DNA of 64,000 bases from Vicugna vicugna (lineage: Eukaryota). Position numbers and translations under genes: made by a program. Positions 23,488 to 38,524 of this stretch are shown piece after piece. A model generated the notes under the pieces. The model did no database searches. It was not told the DNA's origin and saw nothing but the letters and a program-made list of their open reading frames with translations. Every line of letters starts with the position of its first letter. Positions within the stretch are counted from its first letter, which is position 1. The stretch lies in assembly GCA_013265495.1 (NCBI GenBank), contig MU058781.1, positions 11,949,009 through 12,013,008 of the forward strand, in the 5' to 3' direction.

Positions 23488-26028
23488 CTCTAGATGTCAT
23501 CTCTCCTGCTAATGTCTAAGTACTTGGATTTTTTTCAGAGCTCTATCTTAATCCCCTTAATCTTTAAAGTTTATCTCTTCTTTCTTAAGGATTTGTTCCC
23601 ATCCCCACCATGGTTTTTACTGTTAAAATTAGAGCCAGCTTCTGTGTAAAGAGGCTGTTCCCAGTCCTGTTAGATGGCCTGTATTAACAGTATTTTTCTA
23701 ACCAAGTTGCAACAAATGTATTGGGTGAACATTCTCTGTATTAGAATGAGCGTGCTTTTCCGTGAAGGAACAGTCTGTACTTTAATGGCACAGTCATTTG
23801 GAAGGATTCATAGTGGCAGAATTTGAGTGTGATGTGGGTCATTTGAGAGGTTTTACAAAAAGCCAGGTTGATGTTTTTCTCATTGGAGTGTAAGTTAGGG
23901 AGAAGAGAATGGAGGAATTAAGAGGTGCAAGAGGAGAGATTAAATCGGCCATGTGTTGAGCTGAAATTTGCTAGAAAATAGGGGCAGTAATGCTCGTATG
24001 TATGGATAAATCTTCCCACTGTGGCAATGGGCTCCCATGTATCTCTATTTGAACATAATTCAGATACAAATAACAATTTTGTTTACTATTTACATTTATG
24101 AAAATGAGATCCTGCATTCATTTATATGTATATGTCCCTGAACCTGATCTTTTCAGCCAGACCCCCTTCTAGAAAGCTGTTACACATTTCATATAGTCAG
24201 TCTGCAAACTCTCCTGATGGGCCGGCATTCAGAGCTTTATGTCTCATTCTATTCTTTCTCCCCATTTTAATTAGTCATCGTAGCAAAACCATCCATTCTT
24301 AAGTCCTTAAGGTCTTTAGTGCTCCTGGAATGGAAGTTCCCTGAGGGCTGGACTCTGTGTCTTGTTCGTGCTGTTTTTTCTGCTTGTTTATGGTACTCTG
24401 CAGTCAAACCAGTGGCTCAGAGTAAAAGATTTGCAAGAGAAACTGAACAGTCTAGGGAAGCAGACCAGAATCCTGGGAGGTTGAGGGGATTAATTTTTAA
24501 AAGTCCAAATACTTTCTTCCCTGTACTCAGTTTGGCCATTGTTGCTATGTTGGCATTCTTCACCCAGTTTTGCTCTATGTTACCCACTCTAGTCCATGGC
24601 TCGATACTGTCTGGATTCCTATACAATTCCACGTCTTTCTTTCAGTTCACTCACCCAGGGCGTTGCCTTTTTGCTCCCAGGGGTTTATAATTACCATTTT
24701 CCAGGACCAGTTCATGTCCAAAGTGGGAAGTTGGGGTTATGTGTGTGGCATTGATGTTAACGTTGCAGGTCTGGTTAACAGGGAGAACCAAACTTTTGGG
24801 GAGCAGCTTTATCATCTGGAGCATGGAGATGGAGGAAACAGTAATCTCTATGTGACCCCATCACCACACCCAGGAGATAGATTTGGGAAAAGGTGCCCTT
24901 GCATTGCTCTAATCAAGACCCTGCTAATGTCCTCACCTCTCTGGTTTGCCTGGGATATGCTCTTCTGTGGAGACACACCCAGTGTTACAGTACTCGAACC
25001 CTTCTATCACGTGGCCTGTAGACCCTCATAACATGAGAAATGGAGACGCATATACATCATACTGAGGCTTATGAGTGTACTGTTCTCTCTTCACTATAGA
25101 CCAGCCTCTCTGTTTCTGTATATTTTGCGACCTCGCTAGAACCCTTAGGGTCTTCCTAGGACCTTCAAGGTAGATTTACAAGCACCTTGAATGCTGTAAC
25201 TGATTAATAGTTAATTGATTATAACCAATGAACTGTGGCTCTATCAGAACTAAATGTAGGACTAGGGACCCTGTTGTTGGTGAATAATCACTAGGGTGTG
25301 AGGATAACAGTGGTCATGCTGGACCCATCCACTTAGTCTCTGGGGAAGGATAGGAATTAGGAAGTACTTGGAAAATGCCCATTCAGTTGTTATTTATAGC
25401 TTCCAAAATTTTACTTAAATCAATTCTTAAAACTTGTCCTAGTTTAGGTTATCAGTGGGCCAGAAACATGCATGGATTGAAAAATATTTTGTTACATGTT
25501 TCTCGTGGGATCTCTCAAAGGTGTGTGAGCCGACATGTTAAAAATGTAATTACACTATAATTTGGAGTGGCAGGGAATGATGGGGGTAGAGGTGGTGGTG
25601 CCGAGGAGAAGAGAAGAGATAGCTTGAAATGCATTGATTTTTCTTGTTCCCTGTAGATTTTTTAAAAAAGCTCATCTTATCCATCCTCTAAAGACTCAGC
25701 AACATGCATCACTGAGCTTAAACTTGGCTCATGAGAGCCCAGCCAAGCAGGTCATTCCCTTCAGACTCATGTTCTGTGTTGTCATATTTCTTACCCATGA
25801 AGGTGACATTCATGCACCTGATATTTTCAGAGAAGAGTTTTGAGTGTGGATTAATGTTTGTCAAGGTTGTCCTGCAGGCACTGGTGTGATTCTTTCCTAA
25901 TCTAAGGCCATCCCATGATTCCTGCTCTCGTTTAAAAAGGAAGACATGCTCTTGCGAGTGTGGGATCAGGTGTGACTAGAGTGAGCTTCTGTTACCATTC
26001 CAAAATTTCTGTAAATAATTCTGTCAAA

Positions 26029-26293
26029 CAGTGATCTCCAGCCCGGGTCAGATGGACCAGGTGGTGAACACAGTTGATGATGATCTATTGAGGAATGTGG
26101 AGAACATTATAGAACTGGTTTTATGCTTATTTTTATCATTTTAGTAGGTGTGTGTATGTTTTTTTCACTGAGCCCAATATATTAGTGCAATAGCACATGT
26201 ATGTCATTTGTAAACACACAGATTTAGGGGAGATGTGTGTTCAAGGTACTTTTCAGTTAGGAGTGAATGATCGGCAACTTTAGAGACTGATTG
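26029..26293 (+). mobile_element. Decayed MER113A-like hAT MITE
   Basis: cagtgatctcca start, aatatattagtgcaatagcacatgtat core, tttagagactgattg end. Confidence 0.5.
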
Positions 26294-27279
26294 ATTGTGT
26301 CCTCATCTGCAAAGTGTTTCAGGCTGTCACGTCCTTCATGGAGTTTGATCCAACTAATCATATAAATATCATATCAATATCAGGATGCATTGGTAGTCTG
26401 TGACATATTACATTTTTTAAAGGTCTCCAGCTCTCATTTTCAAACGAGATATCAAGGGGAAAAGTCTAAATTATCCCCAGAAAGGCTATCAAATGAATGG
26501 CTCAGGAAGATACTGCTGTGATTCTGAGGAGAGTGACGAGACTCTACATTCTTGCATGAAACACCTCCTTTGAACTTTGACGTGTTTGTAAGATTTATTA
26601 GAGGAAACTCTTCCCTCCTGTGGGATGGGGATAGACTACCGAAAATCACGATGTTCATTGGTTATTACCCTCTACCTTTGTGTTCTCTCAGTGTGCATTA
26701 TAGGGCTTGCTAGGTATCCTTCAGATCTGTCAGTTAGTTTTGCTCACTAACACGATCCTGGAGTATTTCACATTGTCCATTTAAAAGCCACAGTGTTTTT
26801 ACAGTTTCAGGGAGAGAGGCAGACAGGGGCAAAGGAGCAAGGAGGGAAATTTGGCCCAAAAATAATAACTGGAAAAATTAAATTCCTATGAAGTCACATA
26901 GAGGGGAAAGATTAGGTAAGAAATTCTAATTCAATAGACTATCTAAAACCTAGAGTAGCAAAGAATTTGGCAAGTGATTGAGACTCCAAATTGTTTGCCA
27001 GCTTCTTTGTTTTTGCACTTTAATTTCTTTTACTAGCTCCCAAATACTAATTTATTTTTGATGTCCAAAGGAACAAAAGCACAATCATTATTTGAGAAAT
27101 AACCTCAGAATCCATCTTACTGTTGGCTTCCAAATTACAAACTAAGTGGTCGGTTGAATGTGATGAAAGCAGTTTGAAATTTTTAATCTGAAATCCCATG
27201 GATTTACCATCCTGGATTTCCCCATAGAGTAGGTTGAAGACTCTTGACAATATGGAAAGCAGATTACTCATTAGTGAGA

Positions 27280-27535
27280 TGACAGCACAGTCGTTGAGAC
27301 AACCAGGTCATGGTCACACTGCCTGGGTTTGAATCCTGTCTCTGTCCAGACTGACTTTGTGACCATGGGTGGCTTTCTAGCCTCTCTGTGCCTTTGGTTG
27401 GGGTGGGGGTTTTTCCATCTGTAAATTGGTGTTAATGATAGTGCCTCCCTCCTGGAGTTATTGTGAAGACTATGGATTAATATTTGTAGAACACTTCACG
27501 TTAGTACATAAAATTGTTTAAATAAATGCTTGCTG
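27280..27535 (+). mobile_element. MIR, near full length
   Basis: cactgcctgggtttgaatcctgtctctg...tgtgaccatggg...catctgtaaattgg. Confidence 0.8.
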
Positions 27536-28854
27536 TTTTTATATCCCAAAAGACTTACCATCTTTTAAATAAACAACTATATAAAGTGACTAGCTTTCTT
27601 AAATAAAGAAAAAGAATTAGAGTTACAAAATGACTGCACTATGGAAAAATTTGGATTCTCAGAGACTAGTGTTTGGTCTTTTCTGGGTTGCTTCCATCTC
27701 GTCCAGTTTTATGTTGATGTTTTCTTCTGGAAAGTTGTAAGTGAAAAACTTGGATCTTTTGAGTTTTAAGGGAAAGTTTGGATTATTCAGAGGTATCAAC
27801 TGAGAAGAGAAATAAGGATCCTGACTTTTATTACAAACCCCAACCAGTGGCTGAATTAACACCACCACCAACAAAACAAAAAACCCAGCTCTATTTGTAA
27901 TAAATTTACATCAGGAAAAAATTAGGAAATGGCAAGTAGCTCATCTCTATTCAGCAAAGTGTAAGAAATGATTCTGCCATGTAGTCCTAAAGGATATTAA
28001 CACTAAGTCTTCCTTCCTTAAGTGTGGCTTCTTAAAATATTTTGGCTCTTACTTTAAAGAAATGGTAGAAGTCCCACGGAAACATACATGAGAATTCTTT
28101 GTTATCATGTTGCCAAGACTTAAGAAAGTCTTCCCTAAACTGCTTCATCTCTTCAAGGCTAACTTCAGATGAAAAGTCACATGGTAATGAAGAGTCTCTT
28201 AGGAGGTCAAATCAAAACAGTGGGACACACAATAAATGCCATCAACTGATGGCAGAAAGCTGCTAACCACTTACCACCATGAGAAAATCAGTCAAGATGA
28301 TGAGCATGGGTCTTTGGAAATTTTCTACATTATGTAATATGATCACATTAGTACTTAGAGAAAATATGGGAAAGAACTGGTCATGAGTGACACAGATCCC
28401 ATCAGGAAACCCAGGGAGTTCTTTGCAGTGAGGTGGTATCAGCACAGCAGTTGGGAGAACCAATGTGAATGCCAAGTTGAGTATTTATCCAACATTTGCT
28501 TATTATGCTCTAAGATAGTCATCCAGGAAAATGAATTCCCAGAAAGAAAATTAGTTATGTACTGTCTTGTGTGTTTTCTAGTTAAGTGAGACCAAATCAG
28601 TTTTGATCAGATCTGTGATACTGTTTGTTATCTCTGGGCCTGGGTCTGCCTGAGCCTTGGCCTCCATGTTTGTTCTGGGTGTCATGGTGGCTTGGATGTT
28701 TCCAGAGTGACAAATTCTGGGAATCCTGAATGTCATTCAGTTCAGACTTTGAGTTTTCCGAAAGTATGTGTCAAAATGCTTCCTGGATGCTTGGTCTTCT
28801 CAGACTTAACATCTCCCAATCAGAGAACAGGGAGCTTTTAAGTACCTGAGAATT

Positions 28855-29515
28855 GAGGGTTTGCAGGTTGTTGTATGTAGCTGTAGTTGATTCATTTTTG
28901 CTTCTGTTTTATATTCTAAAGTATGAACATTCCACAGTTTATCCATTCTACTATTGGTTGGACATTTTGGTTGGCTTAATGACTATTATGAACAATGCTG
29001 CTAGGGCCATTCTTATTTCCTTAGAAAAAATTGTGCAGATAGGTACCAGAATGCAAATAGTTGTATAGGTAACCACCATGTTCAGCATTTGGTTCAAGAA
29101 ATGAACTCTGCATCCTTTTCAACACTTGATATTGTCAGTTTTTTTTTTAAGCAATTCATTAGGTTTGTAGTAGCATCTCATTTTGGCTTTCAGTTGCATT
29201 TCTCTAATGGCTAATAATTTTGAGCATCTTTTCTTATACTTATTTGCCATCAATGTATCTTCTTTGATGAAGTATCTATTTATATCATTTAAAAAAATTG
29301 AATTGTTTCTTACTGCTTTCTGAGAGTTCTTTATACATTTTGGATACCAAGTCCTTCATCAGAAATGGGACTTGCAAATATTTCCTCCAAGCGTGTGTTT
29401 GTCTTCCCCTTAACAGCATCTCTTGCAGAGCAAAAATTTTTGATTTTGATAAAGTCCAGTTTATCAATTTTTTAAAAAAAAATCATACTTTTGGTGTCAG
29501 ATCTAAAAACTCCTG
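28855..29515 (-). mobile_element. Old L1 fragment
   Basis: ttgcatttctctaatggctaataattttgagcatcttttc; minus-strand ORF2-like peptide ...SKMYKELSESSKKQ. Confidence 0.8.
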
Positions 29516-31394
29516 GACAAAGCCGTTCCTTGATCTGGTGACCATTTCTTCTGGAATGGCAATGTGTGTCTCATCCCACTTTCTCATCTAGCAGGCTCAA
29601 TAACTTCCTGTAAGAATCTTTCCTGACTGCCTTTTCATGATTAACGTCTCTCTTATAATACTCCATGAGAGAGATTATTTCACTCTATTATAGTTGCCTT
29701 TCTTTTCTGAGCCTTCTGCTAGGCTGTGCTAGGCATTTAGTATCACAAGGGGAGGGACCACCTTGCTGTGTTCAATGTTGTCTCATCCTAGTGATGGATG
29801 CACAAGGGGTGGAACTTGTTGGCTACATGGATGGATGGAGTTGCTGGGCATTTTGAGTCCCGATGCCTTTGCACAGGCTGTTCCTAATTAGTCAGAGTAC
29901 TCTGTTCCCTTTTTCTTGCCTGGTTGGCCCCTTCCTGTCTTTCCCATTTGTGCACCCTTTCCCATTTGCCCCGGGCTGAAGCACTTATGTCCTTCTGTGT
30001 TCTTCAGGCACATTGAGCATGCTCCCTTTCCAGCCTGTCTCCCATTAAGCTGCAGATGGCTGAGTAGGGATCTTTCTCCACTGCTGGAGTATAAAGGGGG
30101 AACAGGAGCTCCCCTTCCTCATCCCTTAACCTCTCTCTGAGCCTAATAATCCTACCCAGGACGTAGTAGGTACTAAATAAATGTTTATTAAGAATGAATT
30201 AAGATATATGTTTATCTGTTTCTAATTAGTTTTTAACATTAAAAAGCCTAGGCATTAACATAATTTAGAGAGATGTGGTGGGCACACTATGCCAACATGC
30301 ACAAGTCTCCATCATCTTCATGGACAATTTTTTTTTCTATACCAAAATTTTCTTTATGCCATCCATAGAACATTTAATTATATAACTGTTTGACATTGTG
30401 AATATGGATCATTATAGAAAAATTTAAAAATACAGCATAAGAATTGTGTTAGAAAAAGTTGGTATCACCTTTAATGCTACCACCCAAGCCAGGTACACCT
30501 AATAGCATTTTGCTACATTTCTTTTTCTCCTTAAAAAAATAATCAGTGTCTATTTTTGTCAGCATTTATATCCATCATTTTATATGTCATTTTTACCAGT
30601 TACAGTCATTGACGCTAATCACACAAATATGCACCTGGAATACTGTATATTTTTAAAATTTAAATATTGTACTCCAAACATTTCTGGTGTCATTAAGTTT
30701 TAGATTTTAGTGTATCAGAATATTGTTTTCAGAGTTTTTGCGTGTCATAGGTAGAAATGATGGTGTCCTTCCCACTGCATTAATGTAAAACCTGGTTTTA
30801 TTAGTGATGTGCCCTTCAGTTCTTGAAAATGAACTCATTATGACAAAAGCCAGCTTGTGCTTCAAATCGAATCAAGTGACGGAACAGAATACACAGTAAA
30901 GAGGTTCTGAAGTGTAGTCACTACTTGACATTAAGTCCACAAGAGATGAGATGAGAATGATTTGCCGTGGTTCCTGAACGGTGAAGCACAGCAGAGGGCT
31001 CTCAAATGACGTGGGCTTTGGGCGCCTTTGTTATAAGGTGGAATTCACTCTCAGAGAAGCTGCGACCGTCCTCAGACCCCAGGGAGAGATGCTGGGATTT
31101 GTTCTGAGCACTTGGTCTGCGGAGGGGTATGAAGGGCGTGAAGACATGAAACAACTAGGGGACAAGTTGTTCTTGTTTTTTAATCTAAAACCTTTTTTCG
31201 TTTTTTTTTTAAAAGAGGATTTTCAGTAGGAAGGATGGCTTGTGGAACCGCGTGACTGAGACTAATGCGTTTGTGTTATTTTCTCTATTACCCGTGGGCA
31301 CTTACTTCATGTTTTTAAAGCAAATTGCATGAAACTGCAGACCTGTACTTCAGAGAATGGGCTTTGGTTGTACTTCTGTCCCTTTGGCCTGTTA

Positions 31395-31535
31395 CCCTGT
31401 AGATCTCTCATCATCTATTTCTTCATCTGTCAGATGTAGACAGTAATACCTCTGAGGGTGGCTTTGAGATTTGAAAATGAGCTGGTCTAGGTAAAGTGCC
31501 TGGCACGGGGCCTGGAACCTTGAAGTTGAAATAGC
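31395..31535 (+). mobile_element. MIR fragment
   Basis: tttcttcatctgtcagatg...gtaaagtgcctggcacggggcctgg. Confidence 0.6.
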
Positions 31536-32579
31536 AGTGATTTTCAGCTCTCTTTCCACCTCCTGCCTTTCATTTCTATTTTGGTAAACATTTGAGTATT
31601 TGCTCCTTTTTTTGCCCTGAGGATAAAACTGATACTGCCTCACTGAAGACACAAAACTGAAGTAGAGAGATGGTTTTCCAAGAACTTACAACCTGGGGTG
31701 ATAAAGGATAGATGTTTAAGCATCAAACGATAGTACAAGACAGAACAAAATAAATGCTAAACAGAAATGCAAGGATTGTGCTGACTGGGGACCTGGGGGC
31801 ACTTAGAGAGGAGAGGATGTATGCTATAGGCATTAAAAGAGCCCTGGATTTTTATAGCTGAACACAGCAGTGAAACATAGTTCTGATGGTGTAACTGCGT
31901 GATATGTCTGATGGGTAGGGAATTATCTGCTGTTTGGCTTGGGTATGAGTTCGGGACATGTTGTACGAGATCAGGCTGGTGTAACAGTGGTGATCTCTGA
32001 TGCAAATAGCTTCGCTCCATGGCTGAAGAGCCTGTATGAAACATTAAGACAAAAATACACTTGGGCTAGATCATGTGTGTAATCAATACTAAGAGCCTTA
32101 AGAAAGCTACCAAATGGGTTGTAGGATGTTTACTAATAAGCACTGGAGATCTCATCCAGCATCACTTTTTATCAGATCAGACTCTGTCATTGCTTGCAAT
32201 ATAAACTCCTCCAGCTAGAGACTGTATGACATACTCAATGGTTAAAGAATTTATAAAGGCGCAGTCTAAAGAAACAAGACTCGTTAGTATGGAATTAGAC
32301 ATATGATTTCTCTTAGAGCAAGGAGGTTCTCCAAGCAAACAGCGCTGCCTTTGGAAATAGGAATCAGAATCCCTAGAGGTAGTTCAGCTTCAGCTTTTAG
32401 GAGTTCTGCTCACGTCATACTGAAGATCTGTCCTAGAGAATATAATTGCTGTCTCGGGGTTGAAAGAGATTTAGCTGGATGTGGTGTTTGTCAATAACAG
32501 AAATTAACACATGAATTTGAATGAATTTTTAATAGCTATACTGCGCCAGTATAGCTATCGTAAGGGCATTTTTACGTAA

Positions 32580-32684
<105 letters not shown>

Positions 32685-34898
32685 TGAAGCTGTTGCTTAG
32701 CTTTGTTGAATTTCAAAAACCTGATAGTTTTTTTTTAAACCCATTTGTTTCTCTGTTATACTGGTGAGCTGCATACATGTTATTTCTTGGGGAGATATTT
32801 TCCTATAAAAGATCCACAGAACATTTTATAAAGTTTGTAATGTGAGATGCTTCAGAGAAGTACTTCCTCATGTTTTCAGTTGCTTCAGGCAATTCTCAAT
32901 GATAAACAGAAAGATACGTTTAGTGGAGCCTTCAGTCACACTCATTCTGCTGGCAGAACGGTTGAAGTTACATTTGCACAGCTGCAGACAGCAGATTTTA
33001 TGTTTCTATCTTGCCTCCCATCTCCACAAAGCTTCCCTTCCAGAACATTTAGGAAAACATTACCAAGGTAGAGTTGGTTGGGTTGAGTTATGATAGTTAA
33101 TGTTCATTTTCTAGATGAGTTTTTGGGCAGATTTATATGGAAGCAAAATGAAATCAAAGTGAAATCTGTTAGTTTTCATAAGGCTTGGTGAGGAGGGGGC
33201 AAGTTTTGATCTGTTACTAGGGGAAATAAGATGGTGGGTTGGGGATTTTTTGTAAGTTCAAAGCAGCCATATGGACAGATGCTTATCCGTGAGTTAGCTT
33301 CCTGCCTCTTCATTTTAGCACCAGAGATAATTTAGATGTTGTTTTCTGGGAGACTCTGATTTTCAAGCCTGCATTTTTCATAAGTCATAGAAACTAGGAG
33401 TTTAAAATTTTCATAGTGAAGAGGTAAGATTTGGTTTGAGACATGCGTCTATAGAAAGTGAAGGGTTAGAATTCGCTGGCGGGCAGGCTGCTGTTTCTCT
33501 AAACTTGCCTGGGGTGTGAGTGGCTTAAGGCATTCTCAGTTTGAGCACTGGCTTAACTCATCTGGGGCTTGTTAAGAGCTGATGTGGTGCAGGAGAAGTG
33601 TGGGTTTGAAAACAGAAACCTGGGTTTCAGATTCTGACTCTTATTACAAGGTTGTGTGACCTTAGATACATGACTTGACCTTCCAGGGTGTCTACTTCCT
33701 GCCAGCCTATTATTGTGAGCTAGTTGGAGCTCATGTCTTATTGATCTCCCTTCAGTGCTTATCAGAGTATGTGGCTCATAATAGCTACTCAATAAAAGTT
33801 GGTTGAATAAATAGGTGTCAAATTCGTTTGTTGAATGAATGAATGGACGTAGCAATAGAACTAATTTGCAGGTCATTGAGATGAGTAAATAATTTGTATA
33901 GAAATTCTCACCCAGTGCCTAACAAGCTGTCAGGCACTGTTATCATCACAGTCAGATTAACAAAGAGGCTGAGAAATGAACAATGTTGGGGCATGAATTA
34001 TGGAAACTGTATCAGCTCAGCAGGAAGGGCATCTGAGGTCAGGGATGATGGAGGTATGGATGGTGAACACCCAGGGAACAGACAGACAGCCATGATGGGA
34101 GACCTGGGAACAGAAGCCTCTCATTTGCTGCTTGCAGGGATGGGGACTAATCTGCAGGACTGAGCCACCAGAGATTACAAATGTGAGAGTGGAGCCATTC
34201 AAGGAAAGAGAAGTAGATTAGCCCAGGGATTGTGGGATCAGAGAGAACAAAGCTTCGCTACCAAGTCAGTTTTCCTGGCTCATTCAGCTATTCATCTAAG
34301 CTCATGATTTTCAAAATGGGGCACAAGAGAGCTGCCACTTTTGGATGGTGTCCCCAATCAATAGTACCCGGCCACTCGTGCTGCCATTCTGTCATTCCTC
34401 CTAGGGAACATCTCCCTTTAACTGCCTTAGATGTTGAGGGAAGAACATGCACCTAATTATTTCAGCCTTGGCAGGACAGAGCATGTAGGTTCTCATACGC
34501 TTTCGTGGGTATCCCGGGACGGCAAGAAGTGGAGTGACAAGCTTTGAGGATTGTCCTCACTGCTTTTCTATTAACTGAGACTTAGACACAAAAATGCACA
34601 TGTGCATCTTTTTAATATTTGATATTTTAAAATGAAAAAATGGTTTAGGGGATATCATTCTGCAAGTTTTCAAAAAGAATAGCAATTCTTCATGTTTTCT
34701 ACTTACCCAAAGTTAAAAAAGAAATGATACTTTCCCCTTTCATGGGGACTGCAGTATGCAATCCCAGAACATCTTCTAACAAAGGAAAAGAAGGCATTAC
34801 ACCTTCTTTGGATTTTTTAAAACATGAAGTGTAAAAAGAAGTGACTTCCTCTCGAGTTACATGAATTCTCTGGGCTGTTAACATTGCTCCTAGCTCAA

Positions 34899-35802
34899 AT
34901 TATCTGAGAAATGCAAATCAAAACTACAATGAGGTATCATCTCACTTTGGTCAGAATGGCCATCATTAAAACATCTACAAACAATAAATGCTGGAGAGGA
35001 TGTAGGGAATAGGGAACTCTTCTACACTGTTGGTGGGCATGTAGTTTGGTGCCGTCACTAAGGAAAACAGTATGGAGATTCCTTAAAAAACCAAAAATAG
35101 ACTTGCCATGTGATCCAACAATCCCACTCCTGGCATCTATCTGGAGGAGACATCAAAAAGATACATGCACCCCAATGTTCATAGCAGCACTATTTATAAT
35201 AGCCAAAACATGGAAACAGCCTAAATGTCCATTAACAAGTGACTGGATAAAAAAAGTTGTGGTATATATTTTATTTATATTATATATATATATATATATA
35301 TTACACACATATACACACTATACACATACAGTAGAATACTACTCAGCCATAAAAAAGAATGAAATAATGCCATTTGCAGCAACATGAATGGACCTAGAGA
35401 TTATCATACTAAGTGAAGTAAGTAAGAGAGAGAAAGAAAACTACTATATGAGATCATTTACATGCGGAATCTAAAAAAAAAAAGAAAGAGAAATGAACTT
35501 ATTTACAAAACAGAAACAGACACATAGATGTAGAAAACAAACATTTGGTTACTGGGGGAAAGAGATTTTGGGATAAGTTGGGAGTTCCGAATTTGTAGAT
35601 ACACACTACTATACACAATAGATAAACAATAAGGTCATACTGCATAACATAGGGAACTATATTCAATATCTTGTAATAAGCTATATTGAAAAGGCCTATG
35701 AAAAGGATATATATATATATGCATAACTGAATCAGTATACTGTATACCAGCAACTAACACAATGTTGTAAATCAACTATAATTCAATTTAAAAAAAAAAA
35801 AG
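34899..35802 (+). mobile_element. 5'-truncated L1 (ORF2 C-terminus, 3' UTR, poly-A), cetartiodactyl type
   Basis: ORF 35046..35387 = L1 ORF2 C-terminal peptide (KTVWRFLKK...TCTPMFIAALFIIAKTWKQPKCP...EYYSAIKKNEIMPFAAT); poly-A; 10-bp TSD cctagctcaa at 34889-34898 and 35803-35812. Confidence 0.93.
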
Positions 35803-38198
35803 CCTAGCTCAATAAAAGTCTCCTGTGCTTAAGGTACCACAGGAAAAATATAACTTACATGTTTTATGCTGACCTTCTGAAGCCAGTTTGCAGTCATTAT
35901 TCCAACTTTGAATAGAAGGATAGAGGGATTTTTTTTAATATGCCAAATATACAATTAGGACCAAATTTCTGTCCCACTATTCTATACTCAATAAAATAGC
36001 AATAGAATTGGGGTCTTGCTCAACTCAGTTTTATAATTTAGCTAAGTCAGTGAGCATCACTGGCTCTTTTTAAATCTTTTTAAAATGATGATTGGGCTGG
36101 ATGATATATGTGGTTCCTCCTAGTTCCAAATTTCCATATTTGTTTTATTTTGAGCTAGCTCATTTGGTATTTTATAGTGATTTGTCTAGTTTTTATACCA
36201 CACATTTGATTTTTAACTGAATACACGCTCGTGGAGATTCATTGTATTAATTTGTTAAAAAAATTTTTCCCTAAATCAGTGAGCAGAGTGCTAAACATGC
36301 AGTAGACGTTTGAGGGAGATGACCATAATGGTGACGTTTTATTTGGTATCTAGGTTGTGTGTGTATGTCTTTAAAATATTCATCACTATATATAGTGTTT
36401 GGTGTAGCAAATAATGCTTTTCATATAGTTGGCACTTAATAAAAAGTAGCAGAATTAATGTGATCATGAATAACTCGTTACACCTCTCCCCTACTGGCAT
36501 CTTCAAGAAAAGTTGGGCACACTTCCCATACATTTTTAAAATACATTTTTATTACAGTAATTATGCCCAATGGGTAAATGAAAGTCCTACTTCATAGCTT
36601 GGCTTTGGTAAATTACTTTTCTGGATGCTCTGAGGTCGCCCTGGAAAGGTAATGATACCATGGATTGTTTCTAGAGATTAGAATAATCTTGACAAAAACA
36701 TGTCTGAGTAATCACTTTTTATCATGGCAACACAGAATAAGCTCAGTTCCCCTGGCTGTATATTGTAAGGCAAAGAATTATACTGATAAGGGGTCACTGT
36801 TTTGAAAATCACCCCCATCAGCATAATATAAATTATAGGCATCAGGTCACTTGGAATTAATTTTCCTCTCCCTTCATCAATGTGGGACACATTAGAAATC
36901 CAGGAATATTGTGAGAGCAACTTTATAGACCCAGTGGAATCAAACAGCACATAATAATTACAAAAGCCTTAAATGCTGTGGGACTTTGCGGTTTTCCAAG
37001 CCAGTTTTTCTAAAGTCTACGTGACTGGAGAACTTCTGCTACATTTTATACTGTTCTAGTTATGGTTAATCCAGTTGGGTATTTATGATTTGATCAAGAA
37101 CTGTAGTATTTTTATGTGGTACTTTAAAAAAAAGAAACTGCTTTGACTATTGTATGCCATGACACACAGAAAATGATTTTTCTTTTCTTTTTTTTTTTTA
37201 ACATAAAGGATTTAAATAGACCCTAAGTAATAATGGCACTTAAAAATCACTAATGTGTGGATAATTTTAAGGTCAGGAGCTACCTTAAATTAGTTTTGGA
37301 ATAAGGCAGGATATAACTAAATATAAAACATTAATAAACAAAAATTTAAAAGAAAAAATGATGCACAGTTCTATCAGGGCACAATTCTTCATTTTTCATA
37401 GTCCCCTCAACACTTCTGCTGTATACATGAGCCATTTTAATTGTAATCTTTATTAAACATTTCATTTTAATTATCCATTTTCATCTAACATTATATCCTA
37501 AGCATTTAAAATATTTTGACAGATGTAAGTTTACAACTATATAATTTTTGTGAACATGATGTTTATTAACATAAGAGACCATTATTTATTGAAGTCTTTC
37601 TTATTACTTTACCCTTGTTTAGAGACTACTGGTGGGAACATTGTAATACTTAATGTATATCAGGTAGTTATTCAGTCTCCCTTTCAAAATACATGACATC
37701 TTTAAATCTATTTTTTTAACTATAAAAAGGGAGTAATAATACCTCATTAACAGTTTGATAATGAAATACACATGAAGAGCTTAGCGCAGGGTCTGGCATT
37801 TGTCAAGAGCTCAGGAAAGAGATCTCCATTGTCAGCGTCATCACCATCATCTCGACCACTCAGTCTTGAGTTATTTTGAATATCACATTCTTGGGAATTC
37901 CTTTTGGTTTTCCAGGATGAGGTGAGATGCGCCTCTGTGGGCCCATAGCACTACCAAAGTGGCCTTTTAATTTTTCTGTCCTCATTGTATATTTCCTTCT
38001 CGTCTGATTGCCTGCCGGATGGTGCACTCTTGAAGGCAGGGACTTTGCCCTTTATGTGTTGTATTCCCAGGACCTTCATCATGATGGTGTGTAGTAGTAG
38101 ATGTTGAGTCATAGTTTGTTGACTGACTGAGTGATTTTTTTTAAACTACAGCTTTGCTTCTGCATAGATTTATAACAATGAAGTGAGGTTGTTTTTAG

Positions 38199-38324
<126 letters not shown>

Positions 38325-38524
38325 TGAGTATTTTCTTGAATATATGAACTATAAAACTTTTTGCCATTTCCTCTAAAATTAACATGTAGTTTTGAAAAAA
38401 GCAATTGGGCCACTTACATATAGTGTTTTCCCTCCTCAAAAAAAAATCCCTGTGATCCTCATCATTGTCACAAGGTCAGGGATTTTATAACATCACTGAC
38501 AATTGTGTCTGATGATATTTTTGA

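Noticed and set aside
35046..35387. 113-aa ORF resembling a protein
   Set aside because: Fragment of L1 ORF2 C-terminus in a truncated, microsatellite-interrupted copy
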